NCBI GenBank assembly: GCA_034521595.1
Contig: JAXHMG010000003.1
Coordinates: forward strand, 2,240,001-2,304,000
Source: Gemmatimonadota bacterium
GTDB lineage: Bacteria; Gemmatimonadota; Gemmatimonadetes; Longimicrobiales; Gaopeijiaceae
DNA length: 64,000 nucleotides
Reading direction: 5' to 3'
Under the pieces are notes generated by a model. The model did not search any database, was not told the origin of the DNA, and saw only the letters and a program-made list of their open reading frames with translations. A program made the position numbers and the translations under genes. Every line of letters begins with the position of its first letter. Within the stretch, counting starts at the first letter, position 1. Of this stretch, positions 1 to 9,063 are shown in pieces.

Positions 1-87
1 CTGGCTCTTCGGGATGTCGAGCCGCGTCGCGGCCCGCTCCAACTCCCGAACAGCGCTGTCGTCGAGCGTGAAGGTGACCTTCTTCAT
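1..87 (-). CDS. Ribbon-helix-helix (CopG-like) DNA-binding protein, probable type II antitoxin; 5' part only, runs off the window edge
   Basis: Manual translation of the minus strand from ATG 87 (alternative ATG 96): MKKVTFTLDDSAVRELERAATRLDIPKSQ, a typical RHH beta-strand/helix pattern. Not in the ORF track. Confidence 0.7.
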   Translation of the reverse strand, partial: MKKVTFTLDDSAVRELERAATRLDIPKSQ

Positions 88-96
88 GGATGGCAT

Positions 97-129
97 ATCA
101 TATATATGGTGTATGTATGACGGCATACA
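97..129. promoter_or_regulatory. AT-rich palindromic operator/promoter region upstream of the RHH gene
   Basis: CATATATATG palindrome at 99-108 and TGTATG-acgg-CATACA inverted repeat at 114-129, in an otherwise GC-rich sequence. Confidence 0.5.
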
Positions 130-254
130 GTCTGTTGAACCAGGATTAGGAACTTTCGATGCGTCCGGTCACGCCGCGATGCGTTTCGCCACCCAGGCGC
201 CTGCCGCGTCTACAAGAGCGCAGCTGTGCTCACACACCGGAGGCTGCGATCGCC

Positions 255-509
255 ATGCGCATTCCGAGACAGTTCGTGCCCGCGGCGCACGTCGAACGCG
301 AGGACTTGGCCCCGCTGCTGGGAATGATGGGCCTCTACTTCCTGGTCGTCTTCAGCGTGGGGGTGCTGAGACCCATCCGGAACTCCATCGCGCTCGACGG
401 CCTGGCGGCTACGGATGGGAACCCCGAGGCCCCCACCCCGGTCAAGCCACCGGGATTATCTGCGTCCGCCGGGTCCCAACAGACACCCAGCGCACGGGCG
501 TGCCCATGA
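255..509 (+). pseudogene. Truncated N-terminus of an MFS / Npt-like (ATP:ADP antiporter family) transporter
   Basis: MRIPRQF...LLGMMGLYFLVVFSVGVLRPIRNSIALDGL resembles TM1 plus the LRPxR motif of Npt/TLC-like transporters. The frame then becomes low-complexity and overlaps the purA 3' end. Confidence 0.45.
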
Positions 510-1737
510 GCTCCTGGATACGGTCGAGGTAGGCGCGGGCGTTGCGCGGGAGGTCTCCTAGATGACGGATTTCGGCAGTGGAACTCTCCCAACCCGGCAG
601 CGTCTCGTAGACCGGCTCGAGCTCCGTCAACGACCAGGTATCGGCGGGGAAGCGCTCGGTCAGTGAGCCGTCGGGCAGGCGGTACGCGGTCGCCACCCGC
701 AGCTCGGGCAGCGTGTCGAGCACGTCGAGCTTGGTGACCGCGAGCCCGGTGAGCCCGTTGACCTGGGCCGCGTGGCGCGCGAGCACGGCATCGAACCACC
801 CGCACCGGCGCGGCCGCCCCGTGGTCGCGCCGAACTCGCCGCCGAGCTCGCGCACGCGCGCGTCCATCTCCGGGGAGAACGCGCTGGGGAGCGGTCCCTC
901 ACCGACCCGGGTCGTATACGCCTTGATGACACCGATCACGGCGTCGATGGAGGTCGGCCCCACGCCCGTGCCCGTGGCGGCCGCGGCCGCGGTCGTGTTC
1001 GAGGACGTCACGAACGGGTACGTCCCGTGGTCGAGGTCGAGCGCCGTTCCCTGGGCTCCTTCCAGCAGCACGCGCTTTCCGTTCCGAAGCGCTTCGCTGA
1101 TCTCGGGGCCGGTGTCGGTCGCGAACTCGAGAAGGCGTTCACCGAGGGCCAACGCTTCGTCGAGCGCGCGGTCCATCTCTTCGTTGGCCCCGCCCCCCAT
1201 CTCCCGCAAGCGCTCGCAAATGCGTCCTTTGGCCTGATCCACCCGCTGCCGCAGCCGACTCGGGCTCGCGAGGTCCGCGACGCGCACGCCCCTCCGACCC
1301 GCCTTGTCCTCGTAGGCCGGTCCGATGCCACGTCCGGTCGTGCCGATCCGGTCCTCGGCCGCGGCCGAATCCTCGACGGCCCGGTCCATGAAGCGGTGGT
1401 AGGGAAGCAAGAGCTGAGCCCGTTCGCTGACCCCCACACGACCCGTGAGATCGAGGTCGCGCTCGAGCAGCGCGTCGTACTCTTCGAAGAACTGGTGGAT
1501 GTCGAGCACGACGCCGTTGCCGAGCAGGCAGCGCTTTCCTTCGTGCAGGACGCCGGACGGGATCTGGTGGAGGACGAACTCCTCGTCCGCCACGTGGACC
1601 GTATGTCCCGCGTTCGCTCCACCCTGGTACCGGGCCACGATGTCCACGTTCTCGGCCAGAACGTCTACGATCTTCCCCTTCCCTTCGTCCCCCCACTGAC
1701 AGCCGACGACGACCGTACACCTGCCTTGCTCGGACAT
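442..1737 (-). CDS. purA: Adenylosuccinate synthetase
   Basis: QWGDEGKGK, GGANAGHT, IGTTGRGIGPAY, EGAQG, GATTGRPRRCGW and TKLDVL motifs; 431 aa. Confidence 0.98.
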   Translation of the reverse strand: MSEQGRCTVVVGCQWGDEGKGKIVDVLAENVDIVARYQGGANAGHTVHVADEEFVLHQIPSGVLHEGKRCLLGNGVVLDIHQFFEEYDALLERDLDLTGRVGVSERAQLLLPYHRFMDRAVEDSAAAEDRIGTTGRGIGPAYEDKAGRRGVRVADLASPSRLRQRVDQAKGRICERLREMGGGANEEMDRALDEALALGERLLEFATDTGPEISEALRNGKRVLLEGAQGTALDLDHGTYPFVTSSNTTAAAAATGTGVGPTSIDAVIGVIKAYTTRVGEGPLPSAFSPEMDARVRELGGEFGATTGRPRRCGWFDAVLARHAAQVNGLTGLAVTKLDVLDTLPELRVATAYRLPDGSLTERFPADTWSLTELEPVYETLPGWESSTAEIRHLGDLPRNARAYLDRIQELMGTPVRWVSVGTRRTQIIPVA

Positions 1738-1747
1738 TCGTACCCTC

Positions 1748-1796
1748 GAATAAAGAGAAAACGGGCCGCCCCCCGTTGCTTGGGGGATGGCCCGTT
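1748..1796 (-). terminator. Intrinsic-terminator-like hairpin inside the purA 5' leader
   Basis: Minus strand AACGGGCC-A-TCCCCC-aagcaac-GGGGGG-C-GGCCCGTT followed by TTCTCTTTATT. Confidence 0.6.
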
Positions 1797-1817
1797 GACC
1801 GCTGTATCCTTCGGGAA

Positions 1818-1846
1818 AAGCTAGGTGCGGGGGGAGGGGGTGTCAA
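1818..1846 (-). promoter_or_regulatory. Sigma70-type promoter of purA
   Basis: TTGACA (1846-1841), 17 bp spacer, TAGCTT (1823-1818). Confidence 0.8.
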
Positions 1847-1854
1847 CGAAACGG

Positions 1855-1880
1855 GGAACCCCGCGAGCCGGCATTCTGTT
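1855..1880 (+). promoter_or_regulatory. SigH/SigR-like ECF promoter upstream of the kinase-sigma-anti-sigma operon
   Basis: GGAAC (1855-1859), N18, GTT (1878-1880). Confidence 0.6.
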
Positions 1881-1929
1881 CGGAGGCTGACCACCCAGAT
1901 TCCGGCCTCAGACCCGCGAGCAGAGTCCT

Positions 1930-3326
1930 GTGCGATCCTGGTCTCTCATCTTCATCCTCCTCCTCGTCCCGGCGGCGCATCCGCTGCTCATGCCGTTGGT
2001 CGGGGTGCCGTCACACCTCCTCTGGTGGATTCACGTGCTGCCGGTCGCCCTCGTGGCTTTCCGGCACGGGTCGACGGGCGCCGCGGCGAGCATCGCGGCC
2101 TCGGTCGCGTTCGTGGTCGTGGGCGAGCGCCTCTTCGGAGCAGGGTACGGGATGGCTGCTCCGTGGGAGACCGTATGGTCGCTGGCGGTGGCGGTGCTGG
2201 GCACGCACTTCCTCGTCGCGGGCTTCGCTCTGTACGCACGCCGCACCGCACGGCGGTATCAGCTCCTCTTCGACAACGCCGCCTCCGCGATCCTCAGGAC
2301 CGACGAGAACGGCCGGGTGATCGCCGCCAACCCCGTGGCCCTGCGTTTGCTCAAGTGTGCTTGGACGGACATGAAGGGGCGCACGTTCGAAGAGATCCCG
2401 TGTCTGTCGCACGTTCCCGACCCGGCCACGCTGGTTCGCGAGGGGTGGTCGGGCACGCTGACATCGGGCGATCACCGACGCGCAACGCACCGTACACGTG
2501 ACCGTGGCCGCGGTAGGCGGAGAAGATCCCGCGGGCTACCAGGTCCTGATCGTGGACCGGAGCGAGGAGGTCGTGCACGACCGGGAGCTCCAACGCCAGG
2601 GCCGGCTCGCCGTGCTCGGCTCGACCCTCGCGGGCGTCGCTCACGAGATGAAGAACCCCCTTCAGGTCATCATGGGGCACACTCGAGCTCGGCCTGGATC
2701 CTGCCGCGCCGGCTTCCGAGATGCGCGAGTCCCTGGAGGTCATCGAGGAGCGCGCCGGGGTCCTCCGCGGGCTGGTGCAGGAGCTTCTCGGCTTCTCGCG
2801 CTCCGATACCGGACCCGACGAAGTGAGCCTCGCCGACGTGGTGCAGCGCATCGTGGCGCTCCAGCGCGTGAGCCACGGCCGCACGGTCGTCTTCGAGGAG
2901 AGGATTCTCTGGCACGACACGGTCGTGGCGAGCGCCGTTCGCGTCGAGCAGATACTCTCGAATCTGCTCTCCAACGCAGTGGATGCGGCCCCCGCCGGAC
3001 GGGGCATCGTCGGCGTCACTCTCTGGCGCGACGGACAGGACGCCGTGGTCGAGGTCGCGGACAACGGAGAAGGGATCGACCCGGAGCTGGGCGATCGGAT
3101 CTTCGAGCCCTTTGTCTCGACGAAGGATACGGAGCAAGGTACGGGACTGGGCCTCGCCATCTGCCGGCGCCTCGCCCTGGCGATGGGCGGCACGCTTTCG
3201 GCCCGCAATCATGCGGAAGGGGGCGCGGTGTTCGAGCTTCGCCTCCCCATCGCAGCCGAGAAGGCCGATACGGCGGCGCGTCACCCGATGGGCGCTTCGA
3301 CGTCCGGCGAGGCGTTGGCCCGATGA
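1930..3326 (+). CDS. Membrane PAS-domain sensor histidine kinase, interrupted by two apparent +1 frameshifts (~2470 and ~2681)
   Basis: Three consecutive frames give TM helices plus PAS (1930 frame), the H-box LAGVAHEMKNPL (2498 frame) and HATPase NLLSNAVDA / DNGEG / FEPFVSTK / GTGLGL (2721 frame). Confidence 0.8.
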
Positions 3327-3401
3327 GTCAGCAAGCCCTTTGGGAGAGAGTCCAGATGGCGTGGGCGGTGCTCGCCCGAAAGCGACGGCACGTCGTCGAC
3401 G

Positions 3402-4017
3402 GTGAGCGGACCCGGGAGGAACGGCCGAACCCCGAGGAGACGAGCCGGAATCGGCCAAAGAAGGGTTCTCGGAGGAGGCGCTCCCGTGGCTCGACGCAGT
3501 CTACAGCTTCGCGCTCAGGCTCACCGGGGGCGACGGCGACGACGCCGCGGATCTGGTTCAGGATACGTTCCTGCGGGCGCACCGCTTCTGGGACAGCTAT
3601 GAGCGGGGCACGAACGTAAAGTCGTGGTTGTTCACGATCTGTCGCAACACGTTCCTGCACCGCAAGGAGCTCGCTCGAAACCGCCGCGAAAAATCCGCGA
3701 CGGACATCGACACCGAGCTCGAAGCAATCCCCACAACGCCGCTCTTTCATACGGGGCGCCCGGATCCCGAGCAGACGTTCTTCCACGGGCTGATCGACGA
3801 GGAGGTCGTCGCGGCCATCGACGACCTTCCTCCCGACTTCAAGGACGTTCTGGTCTTGAGCGACCTCGGTGACCTTCGCTACGCCGAAATCTCCGAAGTC
3901 CTCGAGATCCCCGTGGGCACCGTGAAGAGCAGACTGTTCCGCGCACGCAACCTACTCCAGGAACGCCTCCGGGAATTCGCCATCAGCTCCGGCTATCTCG
4001 AGGAACCGGCACCATGA
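3402..4017 (+). CDS. ECF sigma-70 factor (SigH/SigR-like); apparent frameshift near the 5' end, start uncertain (GTG 3402 or ATG 3323)
   Basis: The frame of ORF 3628-4017 extends upstream as FSEEALPWLDAVYSFALRLTG...AADLVQDTFLRA...SWLFTICRN; region 4 is YAEISEVLEIPVGTVKSRLFRAR. Confidence 0.88.
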
Positions 4018-4301
4018 ACACCATGATGAAGAAGATGAACATGATGCGCTGCGACCAAGCCATGGCGCGCCTCTGGGAGTTTCTCGACGGCGAGCTGCCC
4101 GAGGAAGAGCACCGAGCGCTCGAACGGCATCTCGAAGTCTGCAGTCGCTGCTTTCCCGCGTACGACTTCCAACGGGCCTACCTCGAGTATACGCGCCACC
4201 TGGCCGCTCAGGAGCAGGCGCCCCCGGAGCTTCGGAAGGAAGTGTTCCTGAAGATTCTCGACCTGGAATCGAGCGACCAACAAGAAGGAGGAGGGTCATG
4301 A
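4014..4301 (+). CDS. Zinc-binding anti-sigma factor (zf-HC2, RshA/RsrA-like), soluble
   Basis: CDQAMARLWEFLDGEL...HLEVCSRC (HxxxCxxC); ATGA overlap with the sigma gene; no TM segment. Confidence 0.9.
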   Translation: MNTMMKKMNMMRCDQAMARLWEFLDGELPEEEHRALERHLEVCSRCFPAYDFQRAYLEYTRHLAAQEQAPPELRKEVFLKILDLESSDQQEGGGS

Positions 4302-5476
4302 CCCTCGAATCAGTGATATATGCGACCGCCCGCTCGACCGCTGCTCGGAGGACCTGGAAGCTCGGAGTGTCCCTGAGCTTCACGGTCTTGCTCACCACGC
4401 TGGCGTCACCGGCCGACGGGCGGGCGCAGCTCCCCACCCTACCTCAGGAAGACTGGCAGACGGACTTCACCAAGCACACGGTGCCGCTGGAGGAGATCGT
4501 CTCGGGAGGCCCGCCCAAAGACGGCATCCCCGCGATCGACGATCCCGACTTCGTGTCGGTGGACGACGCCGACGACTGGCTCGACGACCGTGAGCCGGTG
4601 ATCGTCGTGCGGCATGAGGGCGATGCCCGCGCCTATCCCTATCAGGTCATGATCTGGCACGAGATCGTGAACGACGAGGTCGGCGGCAAGCCGCTGGCGG
4701 TGACCTACTGCCCCCTCTGCAACACGGCGCTGGTGTTCGAGCGGGAGCATCCGGAAGGCCGGTTCGACTTCGGCACCACCGGACGCCTTCGCATGTCCGA
4801 CCTCATCATGTACGACCGGCAGACCGAAACCTGGTGGCAGCAGGCCTCGGGTGAAGCGATCGTGGGCGAGCTCGCCGGCGAGCGGCTCAAGCTCTTCCCG
4901 GCCCAGAGCACGAGCTGGAGCCAATTCAAGGAAGCGCATCCGGAGGGCCGCGTCCTGTCCCGTGACACCGGACACGACCGCCCCTACGGGCAGAATCCCT
5001 ACGAGGGATACGACACCCAGCCCGGCCCGTTCGAGCGGTTGTTCCGGAGCGATACGGACAACCGCCTGCCACCGATGGAGCGGGTCGCCGCGGTGACGTA
5101 CGGCGACCGTCCCGTCGCCTACCCGTTCTCGGCGCTGAGCGAGCAGCGGGTGGTGAACGACAAGATCGAAGGTGAATCGGTCGTCGTCCTCTGGGCGCCG
5201 GGAACGGCCAGCGCTCTGGATCGGGGCAACATCGCGGACGGACGGGACGTGGGCTCGAGCGGCGTGTTCCTGGCCACCCTGGACGACCGCACCCTCACCT
5301 TCGAGGCCGCGGGCGACGGACAATTCCGCGACCGTGAGACCGGAAGCACCTGGGACGTGACCGGGCGCGCGGTCGAAGGGCCCCTCTCGGGCACCCGTCT
5401 CGAGGCGATCCCCCACGGAGACTACCTCTGGTTCGCCTGGGCGGCGTTCCGGCCGAACACGGAGGTGAGACGGTGA
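4298..5476 (+). CDS. DUF3179 domain protein, exported, CxxC
   Basis: SGGPPKDGIPAID, WHEIVND, TYCPLCNT, LIMYDRQTETWWQQ, WFAWAAF. Confidence 0.85.
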   Translation: MTLESVIYATARSTAARRTWKLGVSLSFTVLLTTLASPADGRAQLPTLPQEDWQTDFTKHTVPLEEIVSGGPPKDGIPAIDDPDFVSVDDADDWLDDREPVIVVRHEGDARAYPYQVMIWHEIVNDEVGGKPLAVTYCPLCNTALVFEREHPEGRFDFGTTGRLRMSDLIMYDRQTETWWQQASGEAIVGELAGERLKLFPAQSTSWSQFKEAHPEGRVLSRDTGHDRPYGQNPYEGYDTQPGPFERLFRSDTDNRLPPMERVAAVTYGDRPVAYPFSALSEQRVVNDKIEGESVVVLWAPGTASALDRGNIADGRDVGSSGVFLATLDDRTLTFEAAGDGQFRDRETGSTWDVTGRAVEGPLSGTRLEAIPHGDYLWFAWAAFRPNTEVRR

Positions 5477-5532
5477 GCCCGACCAGGACATCCGCGACAA
5501 CTCGAAACCCGAACGGCTTAGAGGGAAGGCAC

Positions 5533-6306
5533 ATGACCCGGAAGCTCTGCTCGCTTCTTCTAGCAGGAATGCTCTCGGCGGGACCGGCCGTCGCTCAAAC
5601 TTCATCGTCGACCTTCGACCACGAGCTCTACGACGAGTTGCTGAGCGAGCACGTGACCGCGAGAGGCATGGTCGACTACGACGCCTTCGCCCGCTCGGAC
5701 GACTTTCAGACCTACCTCGACGCGTTGGCCGACGTGGACATGGCACGGCTGTCGACGCCCGAGCGGCTCGCTCTATGGATCAACGCCTACAACGCGTATA
5801 CCATCGAGCTCATCAATCGACACGAGGAAGACGAATCGATCCGCAACATCAACACGACGTTCGGCCTGGGCAGCGGCCCCTGGAAGGAACGATTCGCCGA
5901 CGTCGGTGGTGAAACGTACACGCTCGACGAGATCGAGCACGAGATCATCCGGCCTCGTTTCCAGGAGCCTCGGATCCACTTCGCCTTGGTCTGCGCGGCC
6001 ATGGGTTGCCCGCCCCTCCGGCAAGAAGCCTACACCGGCCCGCGAATCGACGAGCAGCTCGAGGAGCAGGCGCGCGTGTTCTTGCGCCGGCACACGGACA
6101 AGAACCGCGTGGACGTGGAGGAGGGTAAGATCTACTTGAGCTCCATCTTCGACTGGTATCGTGAAGACTTCCCGAAGGGTCGTGACGGGCTGGGTGAGTA
6201 TCTGGCCGATTTCTTCCCGCCGGGCCCGGAGCGCGAGCTGCTGAAGAGTGGCGATTTCGAGATCGAGCACACCGACTACGACTGGAGCCTCAATGCCCAA
6301 CGCTAG
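5533..6306 (+). CDS. DUF547 domain protein, exported
   Basis: Signal peptide; GMVDY, LALWINAYNA, TLDEIEH, PRIHFALVCAAMGCPPL, SSIFDWY, YDWSLN. Confidence 0.88.
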   Translation: MTRKLCSLLLAGMLSAGPAVAQTSSSTFDHELYDELLSEHVTARGMVDYDAFARSDDFQTYLDALADVDMARLSTPERLALWINAYNAYTIELINRHEEDESIRNINTTFGLGSGPWKERFADVGGETYTLDEIEHEIIRPRFQEPRIHFALVCAAMGCPPLRQEAYTGPRIDEQLEEQARVFLRRHTDKNRVDVEEGKIYLSSIFDWYREDFPKGRDGLGEYLADFFPPGPERELLKSGDFEIEHTDYDWSLNAQR

Positions 6307-7060
6307 CCTGGACGCCGCGGCGGCCGAGCCCGCGGACCGCCCCTCGGCCGGCGGCGCCTGGAAACGTCTGCTCTTCGGGCTGCTGATCCTCATCGGCTTG
6401 GTGGTGGTGGCCCGGGACGGTGCCGACCGCGTCCCGGAGATCCTGAGGCGCATCGACGCGATGGGTGCATGGGCGGCGGTCGCGTACATCGCGCTGTACA
6501 TGGGCGCCGCGGTCGCATGGATCCCCGGATCGATCCTGACGCTCGCCGCGGGCGCGATCTTCGGGCTCGGCTGGGGCACCTTGTACACGATCGTCGGCGC
6601 GACGCTCGGCGCCTCCCTCGCCTTCCTGGTCGGACGGTACATCGCTCGGGCGGCGATCGAGCGCCGTCTCGGCGACAGCCCGAAGCTGCGCGCCGTGGAC
6701 GACGCCGTCGCGAAGGAGGGCGCCAAGATCGTTTTTCTGATCCGGCTCTCTCCGGTCTTCCCCTACAACGCCCTGAACTACGCGCTCGGCCTGACGCAGG
6801 TCCGTTTCCGGGACTACGTGCCCGCGAGCGCGCTCGGTATGATCCCCGGAACGTTCATGTACGTCTACGCCGGACACGCCGCGGGTCAGATCGCGGCCGG
6901 CACTGCAGGGGCAGGTCCTTCCGGGCCGGGCCAGTACGTGCTTCTCACCCTCGGCCTCGTCGCGACCATAGCGGTCACCGTTCTGGTCACCCGGGCGGCG
7001 AAACGCGCCCTCCAGAGCACCACGGCGATCGAAGCGACCCCGCCGGACGAAACCGACTGA
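6293..7060 (+). CDS. TVP38/TMEM64 (DedA/VTT, SNARE-associated) membrane protein
   Basis: PGSILTLAAGAIFG, GATLGASLAFLVGRY, LIRLSPVFPYNALNYALGLT, GMIPGT. Confidence 0.9.
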   Translation: MPNASLDAAAAEPADRPSAGGAWKRLLFGLLILIGLVVVARDGADRVPEILRRIDAMGAWAAVAYIALYMGAAVAWIPGSILTLAAGAIFGLGWGTLYTIVGATLGASLAFLVGRYIARAAIERRLGDSPKLRAVDDAVAKEGAKIVFLIRLSPVFPYNALNYALGLTQVRFRDYVPASALGMIPGTFMYVYAGHAAGQIAAGTAGAGPSGPGQYVLLTLGLVATIAVTVLVTRAAKRALQSTTAIEATPPDETD

Positions 7061-7128
7061 TCGGCAGCGGACGCCCCCCTGCGCCGACATCCCGATCTCC
7101 ATCCAGATCACACGAGGTCACGTCATAA

Positions 7129-7716
7129 ATGAGTGCACGCATGCCCTACGAAGAAGCGTTTCACGCAGGCATTCCCTTCAACGAGTTCCTCGAAGCCACG
7201 GTCAAGAACCGGAGCTTGTGGCACGGGGTGGCGGCTCGTGTCACCGTGTCCGACGAAGCCATTGACCGAGCGCGGGCCACCCGGGAGGGCACGAGACTGC
7301 TGGTGCTCGCGGACGACTGGTGCGGCGACGCCGTGAACACCGTGCCCGTCGTAGCGGCTCTCGCCGACACCGTCGGTGTCGAGTTGCGAATCGTGGAGCG
7401 CGAGGCGTATCCGGAGATCATGGATGCCCACCTCACCAACGGAGCGCGGTCGATTCCGGTCGTGATCCGCCTCGACGGAGAGGGACAATGCCAGGGGTGG
7501 TGGGGACCGAGGCCCGGAGAGCTCCAAGCCTGGTTCGAAGCGGAGGGCCGCGCCCTTCCGACCGACGAGCGCTACAAGCGACTGCGTCGGTGGTATGCGC
7601 GAGACCGCGGCCGGAGCACGGCGAACGAAGTCGCCCGGTTGCTGAGCCCGGAACGGCAAAGGAGCGGCGAGCCCGAGGCTTCGACACACCCGTGCCCGGA
7701 TGAGCAAGCCGCGTGA
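7129..7716 (+). CDS. Thioredoxin-fold protein (WCGD type)
   Basis: LVLADDWCGDAVNTVP, NGARSIPV, WGPRP. Confidence 0.85.
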   Translation: MSARMPYEEAFHAGIPFNEFLEATVKNRSLWHGVAARVTVSDEAIDRARATREGTRLLVLADDWCGDAVNTVPVVAALADTVGVELRIVEREAYPEIMDAHLTNGARSIPVVIRLDGEGQCQGWWGPRPGELQAWFEAEGRALPTDERYKRLRRWYARDRGRSTANEVARLLSPERQRSGEPEASTHPCPDEQAA

Positions 7717-8450
7717 GCGGCGCACGGACACCCGTCCTCATACTTTCCGCGCTCGGGATGTTGGGTGCGGGCTCGGCTGGCCTCGACACGGTTCGCCTGG
7801 ATCGCCTGGAGGAAGCCGACGTGGGAGACGCCCACCCGCCGGGGTGGCAGGTCCGTTCCGTGCGCGGGGTCGAGCCACCCCACAGCGAGGTCGTCGAGGA
7901 GACGGGGCACCCCGAGCTCGATCGGGCGCTCCGGTTCGAAGCGGAAGGGCAAGCCGCGTTCTTTTGGCTCGAGCTCTCCGAGTCGATCGAGCCCGCCCGG
8001 GAAAAAGTGCGGTGGTATTGGAAAGTCGAAGATCCGGTGGACGGGGCCCATCTACGCGAGCCCGAACGGGATGACGCACCAGCACGGTTCTTCGTCGTCT
8101 TCGGGACCGGAGGCGTCTTCTCGACGCCCGAGATCCTCTTCTACACCTGGGGCGGAGCCGCCGAGGACGTCGGAACGCACTGGACCTACCCGGACGAGGA
8201 CAATTTTCGGATCATGGTGACTCGCAACGCAGACGATCCCCTCGATACGTGGCTCCGGGAAAGCCGCGACCTCCACGAAGACTACCGGCGAACCTTCGGA
8301 GGCGATCCCGAGGCCGTGACGGCGGTGGGATTCATGATCGACACCGATGACACCGGAGCGCGCGCGGCGAGCCGGCTCGGCGCCATCGCCAAGACCCTCA
8401 AGAGGTCCCCAGCGCCCGGCGCGCCCATACCAGACGCTGGAGCACGGTGA
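7713..8450 (+). CDS. DUF3047 domain protein, exported
   Basis: Signal peptide; W-x-WKV, DDAPAR-x-FVVF, RDLHEDYRRTFG, MIDTDDTG. Confidence 0.75.
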   Translation: MSGARTPVLILSALGMLGAGSAGLDTVRLDRLEEADVGDAHPPGWQVRSVRGVEPPHSEVVEETGHPELDRALRFEAEGQAAFFWLELSESIEPAREKVRWYWKVEDPVDGAHLREPERDDAPARFFVVFGTGGVFSTPEILFYTWGGAAEDVGTHWTYPDEDNFRIMVTRNADDPLDTWLRESRDLHEDYRRTFGGDPEAVTAVGFMIDTDDTGARAASRLGAIAKTLKRSPAPGAPIPDAGAR

Positions 8451-9015
8451 GCGCGGTGAGTCCCGCCATCAGCGTGAAAAGGACTCCCTGCTGCGCCGGC
8501 AGAACGAAGAAGAGCGTGTAGAACACGACGGTCTCGGTTCCCGAGATCACCCCTTCCGGGATGCTGATCGACGTCGGCTCCCCTCGCGCTTCGGCACCGT
8601 GCCGACGTTTTTCCAGGATGGCCGCCAGCACCATCCATGAGGCGGCGTTCACGTAGAAGGTCACGAGGAGCACGAGCGCGGATGCGACGAGCGTAGGATC
8701 GGCGCCGGGGCGCAGCGCCAGGACGACCGGAATCGCACCGTACACGACGAAATCGGCGAGGAGGTCGACGTACCCGCCGAGATCGCTGGACCGACCCTGG
8801 ACTCGGGCGACGGAACCGTCGAGCCCGTCGAGCACCCGGTTTCCGAGCCAGAACACGAGCCCCCACCCGAAGCGCCCTTCCCAAAGAGCGACCACCGCAC
8901 CGAGACCCACCACGAGCGCCAAGGCCGTCACGAAGCCGGGCGACACGAACGGCAGGGCCCGCGCCACGGGGTCGAAAAGCTTGTCCTTCAGAACGCGAAG
9001 CCGCGCATCGAACAC
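8398..9015 (-). CDS. CDP-alcohol phosphatidyltransferase family protein
   Basis: NRVLDGLDGSVAR...GGYVDLLADF signature; GTET; several TM helices. Confidence 0.9.
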   Translation of the reverse strand: MFDARLRVLKDKLFDPVARALPFVSPGFVTALALVVGLGAVVALWEGRFGWGLVFWLGNRVLDGLDGSVARVQGRSSDLGGYVDLLADFVVYGAIPVVLALRPGADPTLVASALVLLVTFYVNAASWMVLAAILEKRRHGAEARGEPTSISIPEGVISGTETVVFYTLFFVLPAQQGVLFTLMAGLTALTVLQRLVWARRALGTS

Positions 9016-9063
9016 CGGCTCACCCCTCCTCGGCAGGTCGTGCCCTCACGAGCGGACGTTCGC

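Noticed and set aside
3403-3405. In-frame TGA upstream of the sigma core as possible selenocysteine or readthrough
   Set aside because: Not at a Cys-equivalent position and no evident SECIS; a one-base indel explains it more simply.
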